Of a stretch of 64,000 nt of DNA, positions 40,917 to 51,267 are shown one piece after another (position 1 is the first letter of the stretch; each line of letters starts with the position of its first letter). The stretch spans positions 5,482 to 69,481 of the forward strand of contig CABUSV010000013.1 of assembly GCA_902494345.1 (NCBI GenBank), in the 5' to 3' direction. Both the position numbers and the translations under genes were made by a program. This DNA is from an uncultured Collinsella sp. (lineage in GTDB: Bacteria > Actinomycetota > Coriobacteriia > Coriobacteriales > Coriobacteriaceae). The notes beneath the pieces are model-generated. The model was not told the DNA's origin, ran no database searches, and saw only the letters and a program-made list of their open reading frames with translations.

Positions 40917-41432
40917 CTAGTACTCCACTCCTTCCCTTGCACATATCCCCTGAGAGTAGGGGTGTTTCTCGCACCGCATCTCGGTTATGTAGTCAGCCTT
41001 CTCCACGATCTTGCGGGAAGGCGCGCGCCCGGTGAGCGCTACTTCGACGCCGCGCGCGGACATATCGAGCGCGCGGTCCACGAGCGCCTCGTCGACAAGC
41101 CCCTTCGAAAGCGCGTCGAGCGCCTCATCGAGCACGAGCAGCCCCTCCTGAGCGCCCTCGAGCTCGGCGAGCGCGGAAGCGAGGTTCCCATCGTGCAGCT
41201 CGCACGTCGCGGCAAGTTCTTCCGACGTCATCGACCAGGTAAACTTGTCCGACACCTTCCCCGCGAACACGGGCACGCCGAAATGCTCGGCGAGCAGGCG
41301 CGCCTCCCCGCTTTCGCCGTCTTTCAGGAACTGCACGACGACGACGCGGCGGCCTGCGGCGAGCATGCGAAGGGCGAGGCCCATCGCCGCCGTGGTCTTG
41401 CCTTTGCCGTCGCCATGATACACGTGGATCAT
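40917..41432 (-). CDS. cobO: Cob(I)yrinic acid a,c-diamide adenosyltransferase (CobO/BtuR)
   Basis: VYHGDGKGKTTAAMG, QFLK, VLDE, LTGR, KHPY...REGVEY. Confidence 0.92.
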   Translation of the reverse strand: MIHVYHGDGKGKTTAAMGLALRMLAAGRRVVVVQFLKDGESGEARLLAEHFGVPVFAGKVSDKFTWSMTSEELAATCELHDGNLASALAELEGAQEGLLVLDEALDALSKGLVDEALVDRALDMSARGVEVALTGRAPSRKIVEKADYITEMRCEKHPYSQGICAREGVEY

Positions 41433-42928
41433 ACGCCCTCCTCGATAATGCGGTAGACATACTCCATGTCGAGCGCCCCGCGCACGACGTCGGCCAGGCG
41501 GTCAAACTCGCGCGCACGGTGATCGGCTGCGGACGCTGCGCCCGCAGCACCCACGACGCTCTCGGGCAGGCCGCGCATGCGCGCGAGCGAGCGCGCGAGG
41601 GCGAGCGCCACCCCCGGTTCGTCGAACAGGCCGTGGAGATAGGTTCCGAACACGTTTCCGCAGGCCGCGCCTTCTGGTTTGCCGCCAATCGTGCCCGCAG
41701 GGGCGCAGGAGACGATCGTTTCGCCGTCGTGAATCTCGTACCCGCGAGCCGTCATGCCGTTCCACACCGAGAACGCGCCTTGGGCGCCCGTGATTCGAAG
41801 CTCCGACTGGGCAAGGCGCTTTTCCTCCTTGAACACCGTACTTGCAGGGATGAGCCCGAGCCCGCGCGCGGTGCCAGCGCCTTCCCTGCCGTGCGGGTCG
41901 GAAAGCTCGTCTCCCAAAAGCTGGTAGCCTCCGCATATGCCGAGCACCGGCGTGCCCGCGCCCGAAAGCGCGCGTACACAGGCTCCGATGCCGCTAGCCG
42001 CAAGCCAGCGCGCGTCGTCGAGCGTGGTCTTCGAGCCTGGGAGCACCACCAGGTCGGGTCGGCCCAGATCGGTCGTCGAGGAAACATAGCGCACGCCCAC
42101 GCCGGGCACGCGCGAAAGCGGGTCGAAGTCGGTGAAGTTCGACAGATGCGGAAGGCGCACGACGGCGACGTCGATGACGCCGCGCGCCTCGCGGGCAGAT
42201 AGGCGCGGCGCGAGCGAGTCCTCGTCGTCCAGGTCGAGCGTAAGATACGGCACGACCCCCACGACGGGAACCCCGCACATCTTCTCGAGCGGGGCCAAAC
42301 CCGGGCGCAGGATTTCCACATCGCCGCGGAACTTATTTACCACAAGACCCCGCAAAAGCGCGCAATCCTCGGGCGCAAAGAGCGCGACCGTGCCGTAGAG
42401 CTGGGCAAACACCCCGCCTGGATCGATGTCGCCCACGAGCAGCACGGGGGAGGACACGGCGCGCGCGAGCCCCATGTTGACGATGTCGTTTTCGGAAAGG
42501 TTGATTTCGGCGGGGCTGCCGGCGCCCTCGATGACGATGACGTCGTTTTCCTCCGCGAGCGAATCGAACGCCTCCAAAATCTGCGGCATGAGCGCCTTCT
42601 TTCGCGCGAAGTAGTCCCTCGCAGCGAAGGCTCCCTGCGCCTTGCCGGCCACGATGAGCTGGCTTCGGTGGTCGCTTTCGGGCTTGAGCAGAATGGGGTT
42701 CATGCGCACGTCGGGCGCGATGCCGCACGCCTCGGCCTGCATGATCTGGGCGCGCCCCATCTCGAGCCCGTCGGCCGTGACACCGCTGTTGAGCGCCATG
42801 TTCTGGCTCTTGAAGGGAGCCACGCGCAGGCCGTCCTGCGAAAGCACACGGCACAGCCCCGCCGCAAGCAGGCTCTTCCCCGCGTTCGACATGGTGCCCT
42901 GGATCATGATGGGCTTCGCCCTACCCAC
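41429..42928 (-). CDS. cobQ: Cobyric acid synthase (CobQ/CbiP)
   Basis: MIQGTMSNAGKS, PFKSQNM, EGAGSPAE, GICGGYQ, GTYLHGLF; GTG 42928 after RBS GGAGG. Confidence 0.94.
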   Translation of the reverse strand: MGRAKPIMIQGTMSNAGKSLLAAGLCRVLSQDGLRVAPFKSQNMALNSGVTADGLEMGRAQIMQAEACGIAPDVRMNPILLKPESDHRSQLIVAGKAQGAFAARDYFARKKALMPQILEAFDSLAEENDVIVIEGAGSPAEINLSENDIVNMGLARAVSSPVLLVGDIDPGGVFAQLYGTVALFAPEDCALLRGLVVNKFRGDVEILRPGLAPLEKMCGVPVVGVVPYLTLDLDDEDSLAPRLSAREARGVIDVAVVRLPHLSNFTDFDPLSRVPGVGVRYVSSTTDLGRPDLVVLPGSKTTLDDARWLAASGIGACVRALSGAGTPVLGICGGYQLLGDELSDPHGREGAGTARGLGLIPASTVFKEEKRLAQSELRITGAQGAFSVWNGMTARGYEIHDGETIVSCAPAGTIGGKPEGAACGNVFGTYLHGLFDEPGVALALARSLARMRGLPESVVGAAGAASAADHRAREFDRLADVVRGALDMEYVYRIIEEGV

Positions 42929-44144
42929 GGGTATCAACCTCCTTCGCCGAGCCTCGGCCATCCGCGCCCGCCATAGCGCCGCTGCAAGAAGCGCCGCCCC
43001 GTTCGTCGGGTACGTCTTCGCCCGATGCGCCTTCCGCCCGAAGCGCGCGGCTGAACGCCATCGCAAGACGGGCGTTCTCCTTGCGCGTGCGCACCGCGAC
43101 GCGGCACCAGAAACGGGACAGTACCGAAAACGAGTCGCACGTGCGGACCAAAACCCCCTGTTTATACAGGCGCTCGGGTATGTCTTTCGCCGGCGTGCGG
43201 ACTAAAAGGAAGTTCGCATCCGACGGCACGACGGAAAGCCCGAGCGAGGAGAGCTCGTGGGAAAGCCACGCTCGCTCGTCCGCCAATACATCGCGCGTGC
43301 GCGAGACGTATTCGACGTCTTCCAGGGCGGCGATGCCCGCGGCCTCAGCGACCGAGGAGACGGGCCACGCCTGCCCCGCCCGGCGAATCCCCTCGATGAG
43401 TCGGGCGTTTCCGCTGATCAGATAACCCAACCGCAACCCTGCCATTCCGTAGAGCTTGGTGAACGCGGAGAGCACGGCCACATGGCGCGAACACGCGGCG
43501 CGTGCGGCCACACTCCTTTCGCGGGCGTCGGGCGCAAATCCGAGGAAGCACTCGTCCACGACGAGCAGCGCGCCCACCTGCTCGCAGCGGCATGCCGCGG
43601 CATCGATCACGCGGGGGTCGACGAGGCGCCCCGTCGGGTTGTTCGGATTGCAGAGGTATGCCACGTCTCCCGGCCCCTCGATCGCGCGGGCGAAGGAGGC
43701 GGGCACGTCGAAGTCGTCCGCTTCGGAGAGCGGGAACTCCTGCACGCATGCGCCGTAGTACGATGCCGCCTCCGCATATTCAGAGAACGTCGGCGCGCAC
43801 ACGACGATGCGTTTCGGGCGCACCGCCGCGGCGAGCCGCCAGATGATGTCGGACGCGCCCGCGCCGCAGACGATAGTATCTTCGGGAATGCCCTGGGCGC
43901 GCGCTAGGGCGCGGACGAGGGCGATGCTTTCCCTATCGGGGTAGGCGTCGATTCGAGAAAGCGCCTTGCAAGCTGCGGCGACGGCGCGCGGCGAGGGGCC
44001 TGCCGGATTCACGTTCACCGAGAAGTCGATGAGGTCGGAGGCGCCCCCTTCGCAAGCGATGCCGAGCGATTGCGCGCTGCCCCCATGCGTACGGGCGCGA
44101 AGGATTCCCCCGGCAGCCCGGGGCGCGGCGTGGTCCCCCCTCAT
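42921..44144 (-). CDS. cobD: L-threonine-O-3-phosphate decarboxylase (PLP class I/II)
   Basis: HGG, DFSVNVNP, LCNPNNPTG, VDECF, AFTKLYGMAGLRLG. Confidence 0.85.
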   Translation of the reverse strand: MRGDHAAPRAAGGILRARTHGGSAQSLGIACEGGASDLIDFSVNVNPAGPSPRAVAAACKALSRIDAYPDRESIALVRALARAQGIPEDTIVCGAGASDIIWRLAAAVRPKRIVVCAPTFSEYAEAASYYGACVQEFPLSEADDFDVPASFARAIEGPGDVAYLCNPNNPTGRLVDPRVIDAAACRCEQVGALLVVDECFLGFAPDARERSVAARAACSRHVAVLSAFTKLYGMAGLRLGYLISGNARLIEGIRRAGQAWPVSSVAEAAGIAALEDVEYVSRTRDVLADERAWLSHELSSLGLSVVPSDANFLLVRTPAKDIPERLYKQGVLVRTCDSFSVLSRFWCRVAVRTRKENARLAMAFSRALRAEGASGEDVPDERGGASCSGAMAGADGRGSAKEVDTRG

Positions 44145-45115
44145 GCCATCACCCCCACGGCGAGCACGACCGCCGCGCGCGCGGAGCCGAAGACGACGAG
44201 CGCGCATACGGACGCGGCGAGCATGAGCCTTGTCGCCCGGGCGATGTCGCCCCACTCGATTTCGCGGGACGCGTCGCCTATCGTCGGTTTCTCAACGAGC
44301 TTGCCGAAATACACCGCGGGTCCTGCCAGGCGCAGCCCGAGCGCGCCTGCACACGCTGACTCGGTCTGCGCCGCGTTCGGGCTCGCATGGCGACGCCTGT
44401 CGCGGCGCCAGATGCGCGCCGCCCCGCGCGCGTCGAGCCCGACGATCGGGCACACGGCGATCATGAGCAGGGCCGATAAGCGCGAGGGAATCCAGTTCAC
44501 CGCATCGTCGAGGCGCGCCGAGGCGCAGCCGAAGTCGATGTAGCGCTCGTTTTTGTAGCCCACCATGCTGTCGAGCGTGTTCACCGCCTTGTACGCCATG
44601 CCCAAGGGCGCACCCCCGATCATAAGGTAGAAAAGCGGCGCGATGACGCCGTCGCTCGCGTTCTCCGCCACCGTTTCCACGGCGGCGCGCGCGACGCCCT
44701 GCTCGTCGAGAACAGACGTGTCGCGTCCCACGATGAGCCCGACGGCTTCGCGCGCCGCGACAAGGCCGCCCTTCGAGAACGCGCGGGCCACGGCCAGGCT
44801 CTGGCGGCGCAACTCGCATGCCGCGAGAATCTGATAGCTCGCCCATGCCTCGGCCACGAAGCGCAAGCCGGGGTGAACCATGCCGCAAAGATGCAGGATT
44901 CCCCAGGTCAAAAGCCCACACGCAAGCGGAAGCGCCACGGCGAGCACAAGCCCTGCGGCGCGCGTGCCCGCGGACGTTTGCGGGAATGCGCCCCGCAGGC
45001 GGCCTTCGGCCCACGTGATCGCGCGCCCCATGGCGACGACGGGATGGGGAAGCCAGCGCGGGTCGCCGAAGGCAAGGTCGGCCGCGAACCCGGCGGCGAC
45101 GACAAGAATCGTCAT
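44141..45115 (-). CDS. cbiB: Adenosylcobinamide-phosphate synthase
   Basis: GDPRWLPHPV, VGRDT, VETVAENASDG, NTLDSMVGY, SPNA. Confidence 0.94.
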   Translation of the reverse strand: MTILVVAAGFAADLAFGDPRWLPHPVVAMGRAITWAEGRLRGAFPQTSAGTRAAGLVLAVALPLACGLLTWGILHLCGMVHPGLRFVAEAWASYQILAACELRRQSLAVARAFSKGGLVAAREAVGLIVGRDTSVLDEQGVARAAVETVAENASDGVIAPLFYLMIGGAPLGMAYKAVNTLDSMVGYKNERYIDFGCASARLDDAVNWIPSRLSALLMIAVCPIVGLDARGAARIWRRDRRRHASPNAAQTESACAGALGLRLAGPAVYFGKLVEKPTIGDASREIEWGDIARATRLMLAASVCALVVFGSARAAVVLAVGVMA

Positions 45116-46116
45116 CACCGGGCATCGCCCCCCGAAGCGGGGCGAACGTCGCGAAGGCAGCGCCCATCCCAGGTGGCGGCCCATGCGCCGCCCGGCTCGG
45201 TATGCACGTCGAAATATCCCATTTTCGGGACAGCTAGCTCGGAGAGCAGCGCTTTCACGGTACCCGCGTGAACGACGAAGACGGCGCGCCCACTCCCCTG
45301 GGCGCGCTCCGATTCGCACGCCTCCCGAAACGCCGCGACGACGCGGCGGGTGAAATCGCTCTTGCCCTCGCCATGCGGGCAGCGCGTCTCGCACCAGGAG
45401 TCTACCCAGGCGCGGTAGCGCACATCCTCTTTAAGCTCGGCGGCGCTTCGCCCCTCGAAGTCACCGAAATCCATCTCGCGCAGACCGGGGCACGCCATAA
45501 GCTCCGCGTTCGGGAAGAGGATGCGCGCCGTCTGGTCGGTGCGGGCCATACCGCTCGTGATAACACTGAACACGTCACGATCGCACGCGAGATCGCGCAA
45601 AGCGCGCTCGCCCGCGCTCGACAGGGGCTCGTCGGTGCCCGCCCCGCTGTAGCGATGGTCTTCCGTGCCCGCCGTGGCACCATGGCGCACGAAGACGACT
45701 TCCAAAGGCGCGCCCGCGCCCTGCGTCCCTCGAGGCGCATCGGCAAGGTTTCCTTTGATGACCTGGGGAATCCCGCACGTCATGCGCACGACGACGTCGG
45801 CGCGCGCAGCGAGCGCGCATCCCAGGCGCCCCGCGCGCTCGCGCCATTGGGCGTCTTCCGCACGCATGGGGACGACCCCCGAGCCGACCAAGGGCAGAAT
45901 CACTGCGTCGAAGCCGATCAGCCGCCCGAGCGCCCGGTCAGCGTCGAGCGCGCGCACGAGTTCCTCAGCACGGTACGCGACACGGCCGGCAAAAGCCGCG
46001 GGCACGCCGCCCTCCGCAAGCTGCGCCGCGTCGACGAAATCGTCCGCCGCAAACCCGAGCTTTTCGCGCACAAAGGCCCTCTTCCCCGAATGCGCGCCAC
46101 CTACCACGAGAATCAT
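45115..46116 (-). CDS. Fusion of a short CobU-like P-loop domain and a histidine phosphatase (CobC-like)
   Basis: MILVVGGAHSGK...ADVVVRMTCGIP, then FVRHGAT, LREMDFGDFEG, VHAG. Confidence 0.82.
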   Translation of the reverse strand: MILVVGGAHSGKRAFVREKLGFAADDFVDAAQLAEGGVPAAFAGRVAYRAEELVRALDADRALGRLIGFDAVILPLVGSGVVPMRAEDAQWRERAGRLGCALAARADVVVRMTCGIPQVIKGNLADAPRGTQGAGAPLEVVFVRHGATAGTEDHRYSGAGTDEPLSSAGERALRDLACDRDVFSVITSGMARTDQTARILFPNAELMACPGLREMDFGDFEGRSAAELKEDVRYRAWVDSWCETRCPHGEGKSDFTRRVVAAFREACESERAQGSGRAVFVVHAGTVKALLSELAVPKMGYFDVHTEPGGAWAATWDGRCLRDVRPASGGDAR

Positions 46117-46880
46117 AGAAGCATGCCCCCCGCCACCAGCATGGCAAGCATCGCGAGCTCGGCCCATTGCAGAAACCATCCGGCCAAATCACCCGTCACC
46201 CCGCCGAAGCGGGACAGGGCAACATGGCGGTACCACGCGAGCGCCAAAAGCCCCGCCGCCGCCATAAGGGCGCCGACGGCCTGAGCGCACGCGACCATCC
46301 CTGCAGCCGAAGCCGCAGCGAAAGCGCAAAGCGGCACGACGATCGCCGCGCGCTTCTTCGTAGGCGAGAGCCCCGCGGCCATGCCGTCCGCCCGCGCGGC
46401 AGGCCAACATTCTACGGCGAGCCCCGAAAGCGCGCGGGAGAACACGAGCGAGCACAGAAGCGCGAGGAACGCCCCCGCCGTAAGCGGCAGCGCGGTGAAC
46501 AGGGAAAACTGCAGAATAAGGTACACGACAACACCGATGACCCCGAAGGCGCCCGCCCGCGGGTCGTGCATGATCTCGAGCTTTCGCTCGCGCGGGGCCC
46601 AACTTGCAAGCGCATCGGAGGTGTCGCAGAGCCCGTCTAGGTGGATGCCTCCCGTCACCGCCACAGGCAACGCCACGAGCACGGCCGCGACGATGGTCGC
46701 GGGCACGCCGAGCAGGTTCGCCACGTGCCCCCACGCCGTCATGAGGAAGCCTTCCGCAAGGCCCACCAGGGGAAACGCGGCAAGCGCATGGGTTGATCCG
46801 AAATCGGTCCAGGCCGATTTCGGGACGGGAATGCGCGAGAACGTTCCGAACGCCGCGCCGATTGCCTCTGCTATCTTCAC
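46113..46880 (-). CDS. cobS: Adenosylcobinamide-GDP ribazoletransferase
   Basis: FSRIPVP, TGGIHLDGLCDTSD, IMHDPRAGAFG, GGVTGDLAG. Confidence 0.94.
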   Translation of the reverse strand: MKIAEAIGAAFGTFSRIPVPKSAWTDFGSTHALAAFPLVGLAEGFLMTAWGHVANLLGVPATIVAAVLVALPVAVTGGIHLDGLCDTSDALASWAPRERKLEIMHDPRAGAFGVIGVVVYLILQFSLFTALPLTAGAFLALLCSLVFSRALSGLAVECWPAARADGMAAGLSPTKKRAAIVVPLCAFAAASAAGMVACAQAVGALMAAAGLLALAWYRHVALSRFGGVTGDLAGWFLQWAELAMLAMLVAGGMLL

Positions 46881-47425
46881 CTTGTAGGTCCTTCGCCTTT
46901 CATCCGCACGGGAATCCCGCATACCACTTCGACTGCGCGGTCGGCCAGCGCCGCCACGCCCGCGTTCACGCGCGCGAGCGCGCGCCTCCATGCCTCGGTC
47001 CCCTCATCGTAGCGCATCCCATCGGCGAACACGTCGACGGAGACCACCACCGTATACGCAGCGGCCTGAGCGAGCCGTTCGATGTCTCCGAGCACCTCGC
47101 GCGCCGCAGCGTCAGGGTCACGTGGGGACAAGCCGCCTTCCGCGAAGAGCTCGTTCGCAACCAGGTTGCCCACGTCCTCCAAAAGAAGCGTGCAGCCGCG
47201 CGGAAGCCCGGACACTGCGGCGCCCACGTCACGCGTGCGCTCGAGGGTGGAAAACCCCTTGCCCTCGCGCAGCGCCCGATGGCGCGCGATGCGGCGGGCG
47301 CCCTCTTCCCCAAAGGGTTCCATCGTTGCCAGGTACACGCGGGGGCCGTCATGCCCGAGGCACAGGGACTCGGCGTAGGCGCTCTTGCCGCTCGCGGCGG
47401 CGCCGATGACGAGCGTCACCGTCAT
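46877..47425 (-). CDS. cobU: Adenosylcobinamide kinase / guanylyltransferase
   Basis: GAAASGKSAYAE, YLAT, RIARHR, VVCGIP. Confidence 0.9.
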   Translation of the reverse strand: MTVTLVIGAAASGKSAYAESLCLGHDGPRVYLATMEPFGEEGARRIARHRALREGKGFSTLERTRDVGAAVSGLPRGCTLLLEDVGNLVANELFAEGGLSPRDPDAAAREVLGDIERLAQAAAYTVVVSVDVFADGMRYDEGTEAWRRALARVNAGVAALADRAVEVVCGIPVRMKGEGPTR

Positions 47426-48564
47426 TTCCCGGCCTCGAAATGCTCGTAAGCAGCCATGCCGGTCGCCGTGAACGTCTTCCCATCCCGGTACACGCGCAGC
47501 GCCGAATCCAGAAGGGGCAGATACGCCATGGCGCCCGCGCCCTCGCCCAAGTGCATGCCTGCGTCGAGGGGTGCCTTTATGCCGAGCTCGCGAAGGAGCT
47601 CCTGGCTTGCGGGCTCGCTTGATGCGTGGGTGCCCACGAGGTAGCCCAAGGCGTTAGGGCACAGGCGCGCCGCGCACAGGGCCGCCGTGCAGGATATGAC
47701 CCCGTCGAGGAGCGCCGGCGCCTTCGAGGCCGCGGCCCCCAGGTAGAAGCCGCACATCGCCGCAATGTCGAAGCCGCCCACCTTCGAGAGTACGTCGATC
47801 GGGTCGGCGGGATCGGGCGAGTTCGCGTAGATAGCGCGCTCGACCACGTCGCGCTTGCGCGCGAGCGAGGCGTCCGAGAGCCCCGCGCCGCGCCCGACGA
47901 GGCTCCGCGCGTCCGCCCGGATGAGCACTGCGGCCACCGCCGCCGAGGTGGTCGTGTTGCCGATGCCCATCTCGCCCGCAGCGAGAAGGCGCACGCCGGC
48001 GCGGGCAAGCCCGCACGCGACGGCGATTCCGACCTCGATCGCGCGCACGGCCCCATCGCGAGACATAGCGGAGCCGTGCGCGATGTTGCCGCTCCCCCGC
48101 CGCACGTTCGCGCGCACCATGCGCGCGTCTTCTATGCCCCGGGCCATACCCACGTCGACGGGCACGACCTCGGCACCCGCGAACGCCGCCATGCGGCAGG
48201 CGCTCGTGGCCCCCTCGCACATGTTGCGCGCGACGGCTCGCGTCACGTCTTGCCCGCTTTGCGACACGCCTTCGGCAACGACCCCGTTGTCGGAGAAGAA
48301 TACCGCAAGCGCACGGGGAAACTCGGCCACCTCGGCGCTCCCCTGAGCCGCGGCGATACACGCGACGGCGTCTTCAAAGTCGCCCAATCCCCCCAAGGGG
48401 TGCGCGATGGAGTCCCACGCGGCGTACGCGGCGGCGCGGGCACACTCGTCTGCGGGCGCGATCCGGGAGAGCGCGGCTTCGAGCACGGCGCCCGGCGCCG
48501 ACGAGAACGCGCGCTCGACTTCCTCGCGGATGCAGGCAAGCTCGGTTTCGGTTGCTTCAGCCAT
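47422..48564 (-). CDS. cobT: Nicotinate-nucleotide-dimethylbenzimidazole phosphoribosyltransferase
   Basis: DNGVVAEGVS, GEMGIGNTT, VGGFDIAAM, LLDG, MHLGEGAGA. Confidence 0.93.
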   Translation of the reverse strand: MAEATETELACIREEVERAFSSAPGAVLEAALSRIAPADECARAAAYAAWDSIAHPLGGLGDFEDAVACIAAAQGSAEVAEFPRALAVFFSDNGVVAEGVSQSGQDVTRAVARNMCEGATSACRMAAFAGAEVVPVDVGMARGIEDARMVRANVRRGSGNIAHGSAMSRDGAVRAIEVGIAVACGLARAGVRLLAAGEMGIGNTTTSAAVAAVLIRADARSLVGRGAGLSDASLARKRDVVERAIYANSPDPADPIDVLSKVGGFDIAAMCGFYLGAAASKAPALLDGVISCTAALCAARLCPNALGYLVGTHASSEPASQELLRELGIKAPLDAGMHLGEGAGAMAYLPLLDSALRVYRDGKTFTATGMAAYEHFEAGK

Positions 48565-49939
48565 GCCGTCTCCTCTCTGCGAACGACGCCGCGGCAGACG
48601 CGAACGCGCGCGCAACGTCGGGGTTCGCAGGATAGTACACATGCGGGAAGCCCGCAACCAGGGACGGGGTGGTAGTCATGCACGGCCAACCCTTGTCGCG
48701 CCGGGGCTTCTGCGCCCAGAAGTCGCCGCCCGGGCAGGTGGACTGCCAGTAGTGGAACTCGTGCGCGCGGATGCGTGTGCCGCGCGGCCCGTAGAGCCCG
48801 TCGCGTTGAGAAGTGAGCTCAACGTACCCGAAATGGGACAGCCTTCCCCCGTTCTCGCTTGTGCCCTCAAGGGCGCCCGCAACAGGCCAGCGCCGCCCCT
48901 CGCTATCGGCGATTTCGCGCTGCAGGTACAGAAACCCACCGCATTCGGCGACCGTCGGCATGCCGGATTCCACCGCGCGCCGCACCGCCTCGCGCATCGG
49001 CGCGTTCTCGGAGAGCTGCCGCGCATGGAGCTCCGGGTAGCCGCCTCCCAGATAGAGGGCGCTTGTCCCCCGGGGCAACTCGCTATCACACAGGGGGCTG
49101 AAAAAGGCCAGCTCGCAACCCAGGTCCTCGAGCGCGCGCAGGTTCTCCTCGTAGTAGAACGAGAACGCCTCGTCACGCGCGACGGCGACGATGGGCCGCG
49201 CTCCCGCGATCGGCTCCAACCGGTAAGGTTCCTCGCGGATATCGGGTGCCGTCGCCGCTATTTCGAGCAAGCGATCGACGTCGACGCTCTTTTCCACCAG
49301 CTCGGCCATCTTGTCGATGCGCGCGGAGAGCTGCTTGACCTCGTCGGCGGTCACAAGCCCCAGATGCCGGCTTTCGAGCGAGAACGACTCGTCGGCGGGG
49401 ATATTACCCAAAACCGCGACGCCCGTGTGCTTATCGATCGCAGGCGCCGCGTAGGCGCAGGCAGCGGCGCTCGTCTTGTCCAGCACGACGCCGCGCACGT
49501 TCGCACAAGGCAGGAACTCGGCGATGCCGCGGATTACGGCGGCGAGCGATAAAGACGCCCCGCGCCCGTTCACCACTAAAACGACCGGCGTTTCCGTGTC
49601 GCGCGCAACCTGGTAGCTGCTCGCGTCGGCCACGCCGGGCGCCATGCCGTCGTAGAAGCCCATGACCCCCTCGAGCACCGCGACATCCGCGCCCGCGGCG
49701 CCGCGTGCGAGCAGGGCGCGCAGCGTCGGAGCGTCGGTGAAGAAGCCGTCTAAGTTGCCCGAGCGCGTACCCACGACGCGGCGATGAAAGAGCGGGTCGA
49801 TGTAGTCGGGGCCGCATTTGAAGGCCGCGCATGCAAGGCCGCGGCGCGCGAGCGCGCGCAGGAGCGCGCACGTTACGACCGTCTTGCCGCTCCCGCTCGA
49901 GGGCGCAGCGACCATGAAGCGCGGAATGGACGTGCTCAC
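48557..49939 (-). CDS. cbiA: Cobyrinate a,c-diamide synthase
   Basis: SGSGKT, FKCGPDYIDP, EGVMGFYDG, SRHLGL, AECGGFLYL, HEFHY. Confidence 0.94.
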   Translation of the reverse strand: MSTSIPRFMVAAPSSGSGKTVVTCALLRALARRGLACAAFKCGPDYIDPLFHRRVVGTRSGNLDGFFTDAPTLRALLARGAAGADVAVLEGVMGFYDGMAPGVADASSYQVARDTETPVVLVVNGRGASLSLAAVIRGIAEFLPCANVRGVVLDKTSAAACAYAAPAIDKHTGVAVLGNIPADESFSLESRHLGLVTADEVKQLSARIDKMAELVEKSVDVDRLLEIAATAPDIREEPYRLEPIAGARPIVAVARDEAFSFYYEENLRALEDLGCELAFFSPLCDSELPRGTSALYLGGGYPELHARQLSENAPMREAVRRAVESGMPTVAECGGFLYLQREIADSEGRRWPVAGALEGTSENGGRLSHFGYVELTSQRDGLYGPRGTRIRAHEFHYWQSTCPGGDFWAQKPRRDKGWPCMTTTPSLVAGFPHVYYPANPDVARAFASAAASFAERRRHG

Positions 49940-51267
49940 CGGGCGCCGCCTTCCCCACCTGCACCACGCGCGCTGACGAGGAACACGGGGTTTTGCGCCT
50001 TCATAAGATGGTGCGAGCCTACAGCCTCGGCGCGGGCGGCCGACACCTGGCACGCCTCGAACCCCTTAAAGCGCGAACCCGAGAGGAGCGCGCACGCCTC
50101 GGTGAGCGTCTCAACGGTGACGCATGGCACGCACAGGCGAACCTGCGAGTTCTTCTCGAGCGCCGCCTCCACGATGGAGGGAAGCTCGCCCGCGCTCCCG
50201 CCGACGAAAACGGCGTCGGGGACGGGCAGTTTCGCGAGCGCTTCGGGGGCGACACCGGGGACCGCACGCACGTTGCCGCACCCGAATGCATCCGCGTTCT
50301 CTCGGATGAGCCGCACGCCGGCCGCGTTGCGCTCGACCGCCCATACCGACCCCGCTCGCGCGACGAGCGCCGCCTCGATCGACACGCTCCCCGTGCCGGC
50401 GCCGACGTCCCACACGGTGTCAGTCGCGGTAAGACGCAGCTTTGCGAGCGCGACGGCGCGCACCTCCTGCTTGGTCATGGGAACGTCGCCACGGATGAAG
50501 AGCTCGTCGGGAATGCCCGAGGAAGCGTACGGCCAGCGGGAGCTCGCGGCGCGGGATGCGCCCGCAGAGTCCGCCGCGGAAGAAGCCGCAGCGGGCGCCT
50601 CGGAGGCTGCGCTAGAGCCCGCAGGCGACCCGGCGCCGCCTGCGAAATCGATAAGCATCACGTTCAAGTCGTCGAACGTCTGACCTGTGATTTCACTTGC
50701 GGTCGCGCAGGTGATGCGCTCGTCGGGGTACGACAGGCGCTCGGCCACCGTCACGCACGCGTCCCCGAAGCCCGCCTGCACAAGCTCGCCCGAAAGCCGC
50801 GAGGGATCTTCCCCGCCCGACGTGACGAGGAAGAGCTCACCTGCGCGCTCGGCCTCGGCCACGATGTCGCACGCCACGCCGTGAGCGCTCGCGAAGCGCC
50901 AATCCTGCCATGGACGCGCGAGGCGCGCGGCGAGATACGACGCTGAGCTTATGCCGGGAATGACGCGCACGTCCACCTGCGCGTCGCCGGAGAGCGCCTC
51001 CACCAGGCGGCGCGCACCGCTGAACAGCCCCACATCGCCCGTCATCACGACCACGACGCGCTGCCACGACGCCGCATCGGTGAGCGCGGCGACGATGTCC
51101 GCCGTCTTCACGAGCTCGCATCTCACCACGTCGGGCGGCACGTCGATGCTGGCAAGCGCGCGATGAGCGCCGATGACCACGTCGGCGATGTCGATTGCGT
51201 CGAGCGCCGCGCGCGAGAGCAAGTCGGGGTTTCCGGGCCCCGCCCCGATGATCGTTACCTTTCGCAT
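49936..51267 (-). CDS. cbiET: Bifunctional CbiE/CbiT (CobL-like) methyltransferase/decarboxylase
   Basis: IGAGPG, GDVGLFSG, PGISS, PMTKQEVR, WDVGAGTGSVS, FVGGS. Confidence 0.9.
   Translation of the reverse strand: MRKVTIIGAGPGNPDLLSRAALDAIDIADVVIGAHRALASIDVPPDVVRCELVKTADIVAALTDAASWQRVVVVMTGDVGLFSGARRLVEALSGDAQVDVRVIPGISSASYLAARLARPWQDWRFASAHGVACDIVAEAERAGELFLVTSGGEDPSRLSGELVQAGFGDACVTVAERLSYPDERITCATASEITGQTFDDLNVMLIDFAGGAGSPAGSSAASEAPAAASSAADSAGASRAASSRWPYASSGIPDELFIRGDVPMTKQEVRAVALAKLRLTATDTVWDVGAGTGSVSIEAALVARAGSVWAVERNAAGVRLIRENADAFGCGNVRAVPGVAPEALAKLPVPDAVFVGGSAGELPSIVEAALEKNSQVRLCVPCVTVETLTEACALLSGSRFKGFEACQVSAARAEAVGSHHLMKAQNPVFLVSARGAGGEGGAR

Noticed and set aside
50520..50650. Ala/Ser-rich insert in CbiET (also small inserts in CbiG and CbiD) as possible inteins or mobile inserts
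   Set aside because: Short in-frame low-complexity linkers at domain boundaries, without intein terminal motifs
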